A DNA stretch of 64,000 nucleotides from Polyangiaceae bacterium (GTDB lineage: Bacteria > Myxococcota_A > Polyangia > Polyangiales > Polyangiaceae), in contig CBDCTZ010000012.1 of assembly GCA_965222375.1 (NCBI GenBank), forward strand, positions 704,129-768,128, given 5' to 3'. Positions within the stretch are counted from its first letter, which is position 1. Every line of letters begins with the position of its first letter. Below, in pieces: positions 37,779-47,661 of the stretch. A model generated the notes under the pieces. The model saw only the letters and a list, made by a program, of their open reading frames with translations. It ran no database searches and was not told where the DNA came from. The position numbers were made by a program, and so were the translations under genes.

Positions 37779-38471
37779 TCAGGGGCTTCGGGGCTCGGAC
37801 CCATCGCCCTCGGAGCCCCGAAGCTGGTCGCGGATGCCGAATAGGCTGGCGAGCTCCTGGAGAGCGGCCACATCCGGCAACTCGACTCGCTCGTCCACGA
37901 TGCGCAGGTGCCCGGCATCCCGGAGCTCCTGCACCGTTCTCTTCACGCTATCGACGTCTAGGCCAACCCGTGCCGACAGCTCGAGCGGCGAAACCCGGAT
38001 CTCTACTGCCCCTTTGGCCTCTCGAGACGCCTGCTGCGCCAACTGGAGCAGGGTCACGACCACCTTGCTCTTGCCGTCGCGGAGCAGCAGGACTTCGATC
38101 TGGTCCTCCGCGTCCCGCAAACGCCGAATCAGTTGGCCGAGCACGCGCATGCCGACCCCGGGGCTGGCGGACAGCACCTGCTGGAACGTGGGGGCGTCCA
38201 GTGCCAGTGCAACTCCGTCTGAGAGCGCCACAGCCGTCGAGGTGCGCGGAGCGGATTGGAGCAGGGCGGCCTCCCCGAACAGATCTCCGCCGCGCAGGAC
38301 GCGCAGGCTGCGCTCCGTCGCCCCGACCTTCTTGATCAGCCGGACCCGCCCTTCTTGAAGCAAGAACGCATCCCGAGCCTCGGCTCCCTCCTCGTAGAGC
38401 ACCTCGCCCGCTGCGAAGCGTCGGCCGAAGCGCGCCAACAGGCGCTCGTTCTGCTCCTCCACTGAACTCAT
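37779..38471 (-). CDS. Crp/Fnr family transcriptional regulator
   Basis: GEVLYEEG, GDLFGEAALL...PRTSTAVA (cNMP-binding); C-terminal HTH ELSARVGLDVDSV. Confidence 0.9.
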   Translation of the reverse strand: MSSVEEQNERLLARFGRRFAAGEVLYEEGAEARDAFLLQEGRVRLIKKVGATERSLRVLRGGDLFGEAALLQSAPRTSTAVALSDGVALALDAPTFQQVLSASPGVGMRVLGQLIRRLRDAEDQIEVLLLRDGKSKVVVTLLQLAQQASREAKGAVEIRVSPLELSARVGLDVDSVKRTVQELRDAGHLRIVDERVELPDVAALQELASLFGIRDQLRGSEGDGSEPRSP

Positions 38472-38529
38472 CCCGTCTGGGCATGCTAGCCCCAGCCCCC
38501 GGCGCGCCGCAATTGGCCGCGCAAAACCA

Positions 38530-39189
38530 CTATGCAAAGGGCGATGGCGGCAGCTTCTGGGGCGTCGCGCCAGCGTCCCGAACGTACACCGGCGTTGCGA
38601 TGGCCTCCGCGGGATCCAAAGCCGCTGCCACCCGAGCCACCTCGGTTGCATGGGGCAGTTGGCAACTGGATTCAGTGCAGATCGGGGTTCGGGAGATCAA
38701 GGCAACGCCCGCCCCAACGAAGCCATGGGGCCCGATGTTCTGACTCGAAAGCCACTCATGAAACTCCGTGATGGCGATGGCACATGCGCCTATCAGCTCT
38801 TTGCCATCCGGCCCGTATGCTGCGACGAACACCTCCTGCCGCCGCGCATCCAAGGTGGCGACCACCGCCTCGGTGGAGTTGCAAGCGCTGGCCATGGCGT
38901 GCAACGAGCCAACGCCGACGATGGGAACCCTCAAGCCCCGAGCGATGCCTCGGCCCACGCTGAGCCCGACCCGCAGACCCGTGAACGAGCCGGGGCCGAT
39001 CCCCACGGCCACGCGCTCGATCCCGTTGCGGGTCGAGCCGGCCTGAGCCAATGCCTGGTCCACCATCGGGAGCAGTCGCTCGGCATGGGCCCCGGCGGTA
39101 TCGGACTCGGCCTGACCCAGGACCCGCCCGGCATCGAGCAACGCTACGCTAGCTCGAGGACAAGAGGTTTCCAGTCCGAGTACCCGCAT
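38530..39189 (-). CDS. tsaB: tRNA threonylcarbamoyladenosine biosynthesis protein TsaB
   Basis: LGLETS, HAERLLPM, GPGSFTGLRVG, DARRQEV, PVYVR. Confidence 0.95.
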   Translation of the reverse strand: MRVLGLETSCPRASVALLDAGRVLGQAESDTAGAHAERLLPMVDQALAQAGSTRNGIERVAVGIGPGSFTGLRVGLSVGRGIARGLRVPIVGVGSLHAMASACNSTEAVVATLDARRQEVFVAAYGPDGKELIGACAIAITEFHEWLSSQNIGPHGFVGAGVALISRTPICTESSCQLPHATEVARVAAALDPAEAIATPVYVRDAGATPQKLPPSPFA

Positions 39190-39381
39190 CGGCTCGAAAT
39201 ACCCGTGCTGCCGGTTCGAGACCAGCTTCGATCGCGGTTTCCGCCTCGTAACGACCCGCCGAGCTCAAACGGGCTCGGGCAGCCGGATGGGCTTGCTGGC
39301 GGTTTCCCCTCTTCCCAAACCCAGCAAAAACGCTTAGGTTCCGCGGGCCGAATCGAGAAGCCCTTCTCAACGCCGGCTGGT

Positions 39382-39459
<78 letters not shown>

Positions 39460-39497
39460 TTTTCTTCTCTTGCTGGGGTTTGGGGGCTGTCCGCCTT

Positions 39498-39607
39498 TGT
39501 GTCTCCTTGAAGCCGCGACTGCCCCAGACCGAGCCACAGTGCTGTGTCTCCTTGAAGCCGCGACTGCCCCAGACCGAGCCACAGTGCTGTGTCTCCCTGC
39601 AGCCGCG
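39498..39607. repeat. 45-bp tandem repeat, ~2.4 copies
   Basis: TGTGTCTCCTTGAAGCCGCGACTGCCCCAGACCGAGCCACAGTGC identical at 39498 and 39543, with a degenerate partial copy at 39588. Confidence 0.92.
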
Positions 39608-39630
39608 GTTGCGAGTTGGAGGCGTGGGCT

Positions 39631-41475
39631 CTACAGCTTCTTCAACAGCGGTGCGATTCTAGCTGCGATGGCGTCAGCAGCAGCGTTGTATCCGAAGGCG
39701 CTTGCATCGGGATCTCCGGTCACGCTCTTTGCGCAGATGCTCGCGACCACGCCGTTGGTTTTCCGCAGCACGTCGAGCTGACGCAGGCCAGGGTAGGCCT
39801 TCGCGCGCATTTGAACGCTGGTGAACTGGGAGCCGTCCCAGCACAGCGGGCTCTTGCCGATAACCCCGGCGGGGTTGCAGTCGCAGCCGCCTGTCGTTGC
39901 AGCACAGTCCCTCGGCACCGCTAGCGGGAACGTGCAGGCATACTGTAGATCGCCGGGGCCTTGCTGTGCGCCAAAGCCAGCCGAGATGTCCCACTCGTGG
40001 CCGTTGATCGGGTCGGTGGCTGGCGCGGCCCAGGTTGGAAGACCCGCACGAGGCTGGTTCGATTCCACCATATGCGGGTCGGAAGCAGGCTGGTGCCCGG
40101 TCTTGCTGATCTTTGGCCAGACGCCACGGGATGTGAGTTGCTCTGGTGTTAGGTACTCGAGCTTGTCGGCGGACGTTTGCGACTCGTCGCTGGAGATGAG
40201 TTGCCAGGGCACGCCAACGATCCCCGCCAGAATGATCATGCTCGGATCTCGGGAAACCCCGCCGCCATTTGAATACAGCGGATTCGGAACTGTGGCGCCG
40301 CTGCGATCCTGGACCGTGGGCTTCGTGACGCCGTCCACGTAGCGGCTAGTCGGATTGAGGAAACTGATGCCAAAGCGCCTCTTTTGTTCCCAGCAGCGCA
40401 GGTTGACGTGGTCCTCGGGGCCGGTGTAGTTGCCACCGTTCTGCACGCATTCAGAGTCCTGACCATGTGGAGGGCAGCCACTCGGTGCGGGCGCTCCGCA
40501 ACTGGTGCAACACGGATCATCGGGGTTGACGCTGCAGGCGCTGGTGGCCCGGGGCAGGCCGGGGGTCGCAATGGACACGAGCCAACCCTGACCATCGTCG
40601 CGGATCGAGCAGTCGTTTTCGTCACTCAGCATGACGATCACGACCGCGGAATCTGGGCGCAGGAACGCGGCGCGCTGGGCAAGCACGGTCTTGTCAGCGC
40701 AGTACCCGCCCACGCAGGTGCCACCCTGTCCGCAGTCGGCACCTTCCGCGGAGCATTGTTCGACGACCGTGAAGTTGCCTTCCTTTTTGACTGTGTCCGG
40801 TGGCTGTGGGTCGACGAGGAAGCGGTACCAACTCTCCAGCTGTGCTTCGTAGCCACATCCGGTTTCCCCCGCGGCAACCACGTGCTGGCGCATGCCGTTG
40901 ACGAGTTCGGTCGGGTCCTGAATGGCTCCCGGGGCCCAAGCTAGAAAACCCAGTCCGTCCTGGCTGGGTAGTCCGGGACGCGTCGACCCCACGAGACGCC
41001 CTTTGTCATCCTGTTCCGGTTTGAAGTTGGGGCTGTTCACCGAGCAGGATTCGCCGCCATGCGCGCCCAAGCTCGAGGTCACGACACCGACGTGCATGTC
41101 GGCCAGCGGCGCAAACTCTGGCGTAGAGCCCGCATCGCAAGGATGGCTTTGTCCCGTCGGCGCACCAGCAGTGTCCAGGCAGCGTGGCGTGACGAAGCGC
41201 GACACTAGTCGGGGCACGGCGGCGGCGAGTAGGGATTGCTTGTCCGCCATGGAAATCGAGTTGTCGACCATGAGCAGCAGATCGATCTTGTCGACCTGGG
41301 CGCTGACCACGCCGCCGGTTCCGCCGCCTCCGGTCCCGCCACCACCCGAGCCACCACTGCCGCCCAGGGCCCCGCTTCCCCCTTGGGCTCCAGCGCCACC
41401 GCCGCCGGAGGAGCTACCTCCGCAGGCCAACAGGAATAGCGAGGAAAGGGCGAGCCAAGGAAGCAGGGTTTTCAT
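39631..41475 (-). CDS. Cys-rich lipoprotein with VWA-like (MIDAS) domain
   Basis: Lipobox LLAC, Gly linker, KIDLLLMVDNSISM (DxSxS), GCGYEAQLE, FLRPDS, SDENDCS, VASIC. Confidence 0.82.
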   Translation of the reverse strand: MKTLLPWLALSSLFLLACGGSSSGGGGAGAQGGSGALGGSGGSGGGGTGGGGTGGVVSAQVDKIDLLLMVDNSISMADKQSLLAAAVPRLVSRFVTPRCLDTAGAPTGQSHPCDAGSTPEFAPLADMHVGVVTSSLGAHGGESCSVNSPNFKPEQDDKGRLVGSTRPGLPSQDGLGFLAWAPGAIQDPTELVNGMRQHVVAAGETGCGYEAQLESWYRFLVDPQPPDTVKKEGNFTVVEQCSAEGADCGQGGTCVGGYCADKTVLAQRAAFLRPDSAVVIVMLSDENDCSIRDDGQGWLVSIATPGLPRATSACSVNPDDPCCTSCGAPAPSGCPPHGQDSECVQNGGNYTGPEDHVNLRCWEQKRRFGISFLNPTSRYVDGVTKPTVQDRSGATVPNPLYSNGGGVSRDPSMIILAGIVGVPWQLISSDESQTSADKLEYLTPEQLTSRGVWPKISKTGHQPASDPHMVESNQPRAGLPTWAAPATDPINGHEWDISAGFGAQQGPGDLQYACTFPLAVPRDCAATTGGCDCNPAGVIGKSPLCWDGSQFTSVQMRAKAYPGLRQLDVLRKTNGVVASICAKSVTGDPDASAFGYNAAADAIAARIAPLLKKL

Positions 41476-41668
41476 GTGGACTGGTACGCTCTCAGTGGAA
41501 AACGTCTTCCCGCTTGCGGAGCGTTTCCAGTGGGCTCTCCAGGGGGGGATCCGTGAACCGACTGGGTGTCCGCAACGGCTGGCTCCACGGGCCAGGACAT
41601 GGCCCGCGAGCGGCAAGCGGCGCACAACGCCACCTGTGCCCCCCCCAGCGCGGTAGTCTCCCCACCGC

Positions 41669-41833
41669 ATGAGCTGGGACGATCTGTGCTACGTGCTGGC
41701 GCTTTCTCGGGCGGGGTCCCTGGGTGAAGCTGCTCGAGCCTTGGGCGTGGCGCACACCACTGTGAGTCGGCGTATCGGTGCGATCGAAGATGCCCACTAG
41801 GTGAAGCTCTTCGAGAAGACGCCGTCCGGCTTC
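41669..41833 (+). pseudogene. LysR family regulator remnant (HTH only, in-frame stop)
   Basis: MSWDDLCYVLALSRAGSLGEAARALGVAHTTVSRRIGAIEDAH*VKLFEKTPSGF; TAG at 41798-41800; substrate-binding domain absent. Confidence 0.85.
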
Positions 41834-42381
41834 TTGTCGCTCGTCGTGGCCAGGCCCTGGAAACCCTCGCGGCAAAACTCGCCGCGCGGACCCAGGTCGT
41901 GGTTCGGGATCTGTCGAAGCCGGAGACCATGACCGATTGGCTGGCCGATGCTGAAGCTGCCTTTGGCCCAGTCGACATTCTCGTCAACAACGCGGGCGTG
42001 CAAGTGATCGCGTCCAGTGCGGAGGTCGATGTGGAGGAGGGCGAGCGCTCGCTGGCGCTCAATCTGGTGGCGCCGTTGCGACTCAGCCGCAGCGTGCTCA
42101 CGGTCTATCCCGGCATCATTGCGGAAACCGAGATGGCCCAGGCTGGCCTGCAGCAATACGCGTCGACTTTCGTGCTGCGGCACCAGCCCACGGCGACCGC
42201 CGCGCAGTTGGCGACGGCGGTTCGTCGTGGCATCGAGCGCCTCAAACCACGCGTCATCTTGCCGCGGATCAACTTCCTGGCGCGCATGTTCCCGGGTATC
42301 ACGCGCTGGGTGCTCGACCGGTTCTCTCCCAAGCTCAACTCGGCGGGTGACACTGCGCAATTGATGGGCGCCGCCGTCTGA
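41833..42381 (+). pseudogene. Short-chain dehydrogenase remnant
   Basis: LVARRGQALETLA...DLS...GPVDILVNNAG...NLVAP present, but the TGxxxGxG motif and the Ser/YxxxK catalytic segment are missing (RSVL runs straight into TVYPG). Confidence 0.8.
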
Positions 42382-42523
42382 ATCCGCGCGGCCAGCGATA
42401 TGTGGCCCGCTGGGCACCCGGCAACGCGCCAAGATCCGGCCAGGGCCGCGAGCGCGAAATGTGCCCTTGCGTGGCAACGCAGAGTTGAGAAATCTTGCGG
42501 CGCGCCGCAGGATGCTCCGCGCC

Positions 42524-43672
42524 ATGCTGGACAATGCCCTTGCCGCCCTGAAGCCAAGAATTGAAGAGGCCGAGCCCCTCCTGCGCCAATGGGTGGAGCA
42601 GGCGTCCTACACCCGCAGTCGGGACGACGTGAACAAGATGGGCGAGCTGCTGGTGGCGGGAATGCAGGCCACCGGGATGCAAGTGGTGCGTCAGAGCAGC
42701 GAGGAGTTCGGCGATCACTTGGCGTTCCTGTCTCCGGCTTGGGAGGCTGCGACTTCGGGACGCATCCTCCTGGTCGGACATCACGACACGGTGTTCCCAC
42801 CGGGCAGCTTCGAAGGTTACCGGCGCGACGGAGACATCGCACGCGGGCCCGGTGTGCTCGACATGAAGGGAGGACTGGTCACGGTACGGACTGCGTTGTC
42901 CGCACTCGCAGATGTCGGCATGCTCACGACGTTGCCGGTCGCCCTGGTCTGCGTAGCCGATGAAGAAGTGGGCTCACCGGAGTCGGCGGCCTTCACGGCC
43001 CAACTCGCCAAGGGCGCGTCCCTCGCGTTGGTATTCGAAGCCGGACGCGCACAAGACGCCATCATCACTCGCCGCAAGGGTACCGGCGGCATGCAGCTTG
43101 CGGTGCAGGGAAAGGCGGCGCACGCGGGGAACCATCATGCAGATGGTGTCAACGCGATTTGGGCGCTGTCCCGAATCGTCGACGGGGCGCAGGCTCTGAC
43201 CGACTACGACGCTGGCGTCACCGTCAACGTAGGAACCATCGCAGGCGGGACGAGCAAGAACACCGTGCCGGGTGAGGCGACGTGCGAGATCGATTTCCGC
43301 TTCGAGCGCGCGAAGGATGGCGAAGCTGTTGCAGCGGAAATTCGAAAGCTGGCCGAAACGGTCTGCGAGGCCCTAGGTGCCCAAGTCGTCGTGCAAGGTG
43401 GTGTGCGCCGACCCCCCCTCGAGCGGACCGAGGCGTCTGCTGCGCTGTACGCACGCTACGCCAGCGCAGCACGTGCGGCCGGTTTAGGGGATGTGGAAGC
43501 CAAGCTGCTGGGTGGCGGCTCTGATGCAAACAACGTGGCGGCGCTCGGTGTGCCTGCCATCGACGGACTGGGCCCGAGGGGCCGCGGATTTCATACACCG
43601 GACGAATTCATTGAGGTGTCGAGCCTCGCGCTGCGCAGCGAGGCGTTGTTGCGCTTTGTTTGCGCGTCCTAG
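42524..43672 (+). CDS. M20 family metallopeptidase (carboxypeptidase G2-like)
   Basis: [46 protein letters not shown]. Confidence 0.92.
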   Translation: MLDNALAALKPRIEEAEPLLRQWVEQASYTRSRDDVNKMGELLVAGMQATGMQVVRQSSEEFGDHLAFLSPAWEAATSGRILLVGHHDTVFPPGSFEGYRRDGDIARGPGVLDMKGGLVTVRTALSALADVGMLTTLPVALVCVADEEVGSPESAAFTAQLAKGASLALVFEAGRAQDAIITRRKGTGGMQLAVQGKAAHAGNHHADGVNAIWALSRIVDGAQALTDYDAGVTVNVGTIAGGTSKNTVPGEATCEIDFRFERAKDGEAVAAEIRKLAETVCEALGAQVVVQGGVRRPPLERTEASAALYARYASAARAAGLGDVEAKLLGGGSDANNVAALGVPAIDGLGPRGRGFHTPDEFIEVSSLALRSEALLRFVCAS

Positions 43673-43711
43673 AGCCGGGCGCGGGCCATAGCTTCGGGTA
43701 TACTGGCGCTC

Positions 43712-44527
43712 GTGGATTTCCAAGACTTCTCGGAGATGTCTGACGTCGATCAAGACCTGGTTGACGGCGCGTTGCTCTTGGCGAAAGACGCCTATCCAGG
43801 GCTGAGCCTGGAAGAACAGCGTCGCCGGTTCGACAGCTTGGAGTTACCGCGTCGCCTCGCCAGGGATGTGCGCTCGCCATTGGAGTGGGCGGAGATCCTG
43901 GGGGAGCACGTATACGGGCGCCTCGGCTTCCGCGGCAACGAAGCGGACTACTATGACGTGCGCAACTCGTATTTAAACGACGTGCTCGATCGCGGGCTGG
44001 GGATCCCAATCAGCCTGGCCGTCGTCTACATCGAGATTGCGCGGCGTGCGGGGGCCCGCGCAGAAGGCGTCAACTTCCCCGGCCACTTCTTGGTCCGGCT
44101 CGAAGATGGCTACGGCGGCACTCCTGTTTTCATCGATCCCTTCCACGCCGGCGGAACGCTTCACGGAGAGCGACTGGAGGAGCTCTGGGTGCAAGTGGCT
44201 GGGGGCAGCCCGAGTCAGAGCCTGCCCGCCCTGGAGGCATCCAGCGTGCGCCAGATCTTGACCCGCATGCTGATGAACCTGCGGGCCATCCACGCCACGC
44301 GGGGCGACTATCGGGCGCTGTACCTCGTGCTGGATCGAATCGTCGCGCTGTTCCCGGACTCCGCTCGGGAGATCCGGGATCGGGGGCTGCTTTCCATGAA
44401 GCTGGGCGCACCCGAGGCAGCTCGCAGTGACCTCAATCGCTACTTACGGCTGTCACCGAACGCCGGCGATGTTGCCGAAGTGCGCCGCGTGCTTGACAGT
44501 GTGGGCGGGGAGCAGCCGCCGAACTGA
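43712..44527 (+). CDS. SirB1 family transglutaminase-like/TPR protein
   Basis: GFRGN..DYYD.RNSYL..VLDR..GIPISL, GVNFPGHFLV, RMLMNL, EIRDRG. Confidence 0.92.
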   Translation: MDFQDFSEMSDVDQDLVDGALLLAKDAYPGLSLEEQRRRFDSLELPRRLARDVRSPLEWAEILGEHVYGRLGFRGNEADYYDVRNSYLNDVLDRGLGIPISLAVVYIEIARRAGARAEGVNFPGHFLVRLEDGYGGTPVFIDPFHAGGTLHGERLEELWVQVAGGSPSQSLPALEASSVRQILTRMLMNLRAIHATRGDYRALYLVLDRIVALFPDSAREIRDRGLLSMKLGAPEAARSDLNRYLRLSPNAGDVAEVRRVLDSVGGEQPPN

Positions 44528-44539
44528 GCTGAGCGGGCC

Positions 44540-44863
44540 TCAAGGGCCCGTCAAGTTGCAGCTGTATTCGCCGAGCAAGAAGAACGCCCGAGAACACTTG
44601 ACGCCGCGATCTTTGGGGCGCGTCGAGTCTCTCTTGCCGCCCTTCAGCTCGTAGCTGAGCGCGAAGCTGAAGCTCTGGGAAATCGGGGAACGGTCGACCC
44701 GGGTGAGCCGCGCGGTGCAATCTGGGCTCTTGTCGCAAGCGACTTGTTCGGCCTGCCGCACCACATCCGTGTTGTCGCTGTACACGTTCATCAGCCCGAG
44801 GACCGAAGCGCCGATCAGCACCACGGATATCAGTGGTCGAACGAAGCGAGTCTTTTCCGACAT
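44540..44863 (-). CDS. Small exported/membrane-anchored hypothetical protein (4 Cys)
   Basis: N-terminal hydrophobic segment; starts 1 nt after the stop of the methyltransferase gene. Confidence 0.65.
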   Translation of the reverse strand: MSEKTRFVRPLISVVLIGASVLGLMNVYSDNTDVVRQAEQVACDKSPDCTARLTRVDRSPISQSFSFALSYELKGGKRDSTRPKDRGVKCSRAFFLLGEYSCNLTGP

Positions 44864-44864
44864 G

Positions 44865-45458
44865 TCAACCTGCGCTTTCCAACTCGTAGAACGGCGGATC
44901 CAGCTCCTTGGTCCACCACAGACCGCACCCGACGAAGATCATGTGCTTGCTCAGAATCCCCCGGTAGTAGGAACCGTTGCGAATATGGATGTCGCCGTCG
45001 GTTCGATCCGTGTCGCAGCGCTCCCTCAGGTCCTGCCGTGTCGTGACTTCGACGTAGACCAGACCCTTGCTCATGGCGGCGATGTTGGCAATGGCGGGCG
45101 CCACATCGGGGTCGGGCAGGTACTGCAAGACGCCTTGGCACACGATGAGGTCGTACTTCTTTCGGTCGCGCCACCTTGCGATGTCCCGATGCATGAAGCC
45201 GTGACGCTTGCACATCGCCTGGCTGACCTCTGTGCCTGAGTACTTGACGCCTTTGCAGTTCTTCTTCGTCCAGTCCTTCCACAGTCCGATGCCCGCGCCG
45301 ATGTCCAGCACCGTCTTGACCTCGACCTTGTTGTAGGCCGCGAAGGAAAAGACGAACTGCGCGAGGTGCGCGTGCTCTTCCGGCGTGGTGACGCGGGTCT
45401 TGGGGTTCTCGTAGAACCGGTGGTAGTACGCTTCGTCGAAGCGCCGGAAGCGATCCAT
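44865..45458 (-). CDS. Class I SAM-dependent methyltransferase
   Basis: VLDIGAGIG, GTEVS, YDLIVCQGVLQYL. Confidence 0.88.
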   Translation of the reverse strand: MDRFRRFDEAYYHRFYENPKTRVTTPEEHAHLAQFVFSFAAYNKVEVKTVLDIGAGIGLWKDWTKKNCKGVKYSGTEVSQAMCKRHGFMHRDIARWRDRKKYDLIVCQGVLQYLPDPDVAPAIANIAAMSKGLVYVEVTTRQDLRERCDTDRTDGDIHIRNGSYYRGILSKHMIFVGCGLWWTKELDPPFYELESAG

Positions 45459-45580
45459 GGCGCCAAGAGTCTAGAGCCCATCAAGCGAAACCCTCAAGGT
45501 AGATTCTCGCTTGGAGCGACTTCGGCCCTGGCGGGGCGCTTCCTTCGGCCCGCTGCGAAAAAACGCGCTACTATTCCAGT

Positions 45581-47602
45581 ATGGGAAAAGAAGGCCTTCG
45601 CACTTATTTCACCTTTCGTAGCTTCGGCTTGGTCTGTTTCGCCAGCGCCAGCTGGCTGGCGGCGTGCGGCGGCGACGCTGAAGTCACGTTCAACGAGGAT
45701 GCTGGCGTCGGCGGTGCAAGCGGTGGCAGCGCTGGGGCTCAGAGCGGAGGCAGTGGTGCTGGCATCAACCTCGATGCTGGCGGTCAAGGCGGAATGGCGG
45801 GAGCGGATGCCTGCGCGGGGGACGCGTGTGCTCCGGAACCTGGCTGCGGGGATGGCAACGTCGACCCTGGAGAAGCGTGCGATGACGGTAACAGCGTGAG
45901 CGGCGATGGCTGTACGGCTGCCTGCGACGCCATCGAGCAAGACTTTGCATGCCCCACACCGGGGCAGCTCTGCGTCAGCACCGTGGTCTGCGGCGACTCG
46001 AAGATTACCGGTGCGGAGACCTGTGACGATGGCAACACGGCTGCCGGTGATGGTTGTGACGCATCCTGCACTGTGGAGCCTGGTTACCAGTGCCCGTTGG
46101 TTGGAGTGCGCTGCGAGGCGAAGCAATGTGGAGACAGTATCGTCGCAGGCGCTGAGAAGTGCGATGATGGCAATGCGACGCCGGGGGACGGCTGCGATGG
46201 GAGCTGCCAGTTGGAGAGCGGCTACAAGTGTCCGACACCCGGCCAGAAGTGCGAAAAAACCCTGTGTGGCGACGGGAAGGCCGAGGGGACTGAGCAGTGT
46301 GACGATGGTAACAACGACATGGGCGACGGTTGCACGCCTTTTTGCGTTAACGAACCGGATTGCACGGGCACCGAGTGCAAGAGCCGCTGCGGGGATGGGC
46401 TCCGCCTACCCGGTGACAATGAGCAGTGTGAGGACGGCAATACGACGGCCGGGGACGGCTGTTCGCCGACTTGCCAGGAGGAACCCGGCTACAAGTGCAC
46501 CGACGTCACCACGACGCCCACGAACCTTGAGCTGCCCATCGTGCTTCGGGACTTCAAAGCAAAGGGAACCGCCGGCGGGCATCCGGACTTCCAGCACGCC
46601 ATCGCCACGGAAAAGGGCATTGTGCAGACGACGCTCGGAGCGACGGGCAAGCCGGTCTATGCCAAAGCGGGCGCAGCATCCGCGACGACCAATGGCCAGG
46701 CGGTCTTCGACCAATGGTATCGGGACTCCGGTGCCGCCCATGGTAACGATGGCAATAAGACGATCCTGCAGACGATCACCCTAAACGCGATCGCCGGTGG
46801 GGTGTTTCAGTACAACAACTCGAACTTCTTCCCGATTAACAATGCGGGTTGGGGCAACCAGGGCAATTCGAACAACTTCCACTTCACGAGCGAGGTTCGC
46901 TATTGGTTCGAGTACAAGGGTGGCGAGAAGCTGGACTTCACCGGCGATGACGACGTTTTCGTGTTCATCAATAAGAAGCTCGCCATTGACCTGGGCGGCG
47001 TGCACGGCGCGCAGAGTGACAGCACGACCTTGAATGCCGCCGCAGCCACTCAGTTCGGTCTGAGCGTTGGCAAGGTCTACGAGGCGGTCGTGTTTCAGGC
47101 GGAGCGCCACACCACCCAGTCGAACTACCGGCTGACGCTCTCCGGCTTCGCGAACAAGATCTCTCAATGCGTGAGCGTGTGCGGCGATGGGATCAAGACC
47201 CCAGATGAGCAATGCGATGACGGCAAGAACGACGGCAGCTACGGAACCTGCGCCCCGGGCTGCAAGCTCGGGCCGCGTTGTGGGGATTCGACCGTGCAAT
47301 CTTCGGACGGCGAGGAGTGCGATGACGGTGTGAATCTCACGCCCTATGGCGCCTCGGGATGCGCTCCCGGCTGCAAGAATCCGTCGAAATGCGGGGATGC
47401 GAAGGTTGACAGTGTGTTTGGTGAGCAGTGCGACGACGGCAAGAACGACGGTGGCTATGGTGAATGTGCCCAGGGCTGCAAACTCGGGCCGCGCTGCGGC
47501 GATGGGCAGGTACAGAGCTCCGAGGGCGAACAATGCGATGACGGCAACAACCTGGGGGGCGATGGTTGTTCACCGACTTGCAAACTAGACGGCCCACGCT
47601 AG
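45581..47602 (+). CDS. Fibro-slime (PA14-like) domain lipoprotein with myxobacterial Cys-rich repeats
   Basis: Lipobox LAAC; many CGDG...ExCDDGN...GDGC repeats; RDF...HPDF, FDQWY, NFHFTSE, FTGDDDVFVFIN, DLGGVH, FQAERH. Confidence 0.92.
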   Translation: MGKEGLRTYFTFRSFGLVCFASASWLAACGGDAEVTFNEDAGVGGASGGSAGAQSGGSGAGINLDAGGQGGMAGADACAGDACAPEPGCGDGNVDPGEACDDGNSVSGDGCTAACDAIEQDFACPTPGQLCVSTVVCGDSKITGAETCDDGNTAAGDGCDASCTVEPGYQCPLVGVRCEAKQCGDSIVAGAEKCDDGNATPGDGCDGSCQLESGYKCPTPGQKCEKTLCGDGKAEGTEQCDDGNNDMGDGCTPFCVNEPDCTGTECKSRCGDGLRLPGDNEQCEDGNTTAGDGCSPTCQEEPGYKCTDVTTTPTNLELPIVLRDFKAKGTAGGHPDFQHAIATEKGIVQTTLGATGKPVYAKAGAASATTNGQAVFDQWYRDSGAAHGNDGNKTILQTITLNAIAGGVFQYNNSNFFPINNAGWGNQGNSNNFHFTSEVRYWFEYKGGEKLDFTGDDDVFVFINKKLAIDLGGVHGAQSDSTTLNAAAATQFGLSVGKVYEAVVFQAERHTTQSNYRLTLSGFANKISQCVSVCGDGIKTPDEQCDDGKNDGSYGTCAPGCKLGPRCGDSTVQSSDGEECDDGVNLTPYGASGCAPGCKNPSKCGDAKVDSVFGEQCDDGKNDGGYGECAQGCKLGPRCGDGQVQSSEGEQCDDGNNLGGDGCSPTCKLDGPR

Positions 47603-47661
47603 CTAGCTGGAGGCGGCGAGTATTCGGGCACCGCCCGGGTTGAAGCTCCGCTCTTCCACGC

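Noticed and set aside
39498..39607. Mini CRISPR array
   Set aside because: The would-be spacers are identical and no cas genes are present; it is a simple tandem duplication.
41798..41800. Amber read-through (pyrrolysine or recoding) in the LysR fragment
   Set aside because: The gene is also truncated by a deletion, and TAG serves as a normal stop in many genes here.
39460..42400. Integrated element at tRNA-Pro
   Set aside because: No attR copy of the tRNA 3' end or mobility gene seen; only signs of local decay.
45581..47602. traA kin-recognition gene
   Set aside because: N-terminal lipobox, central fibro-slime domain, no C-terminal sorting motif and no adjacent TraB-like OmpA barrel.
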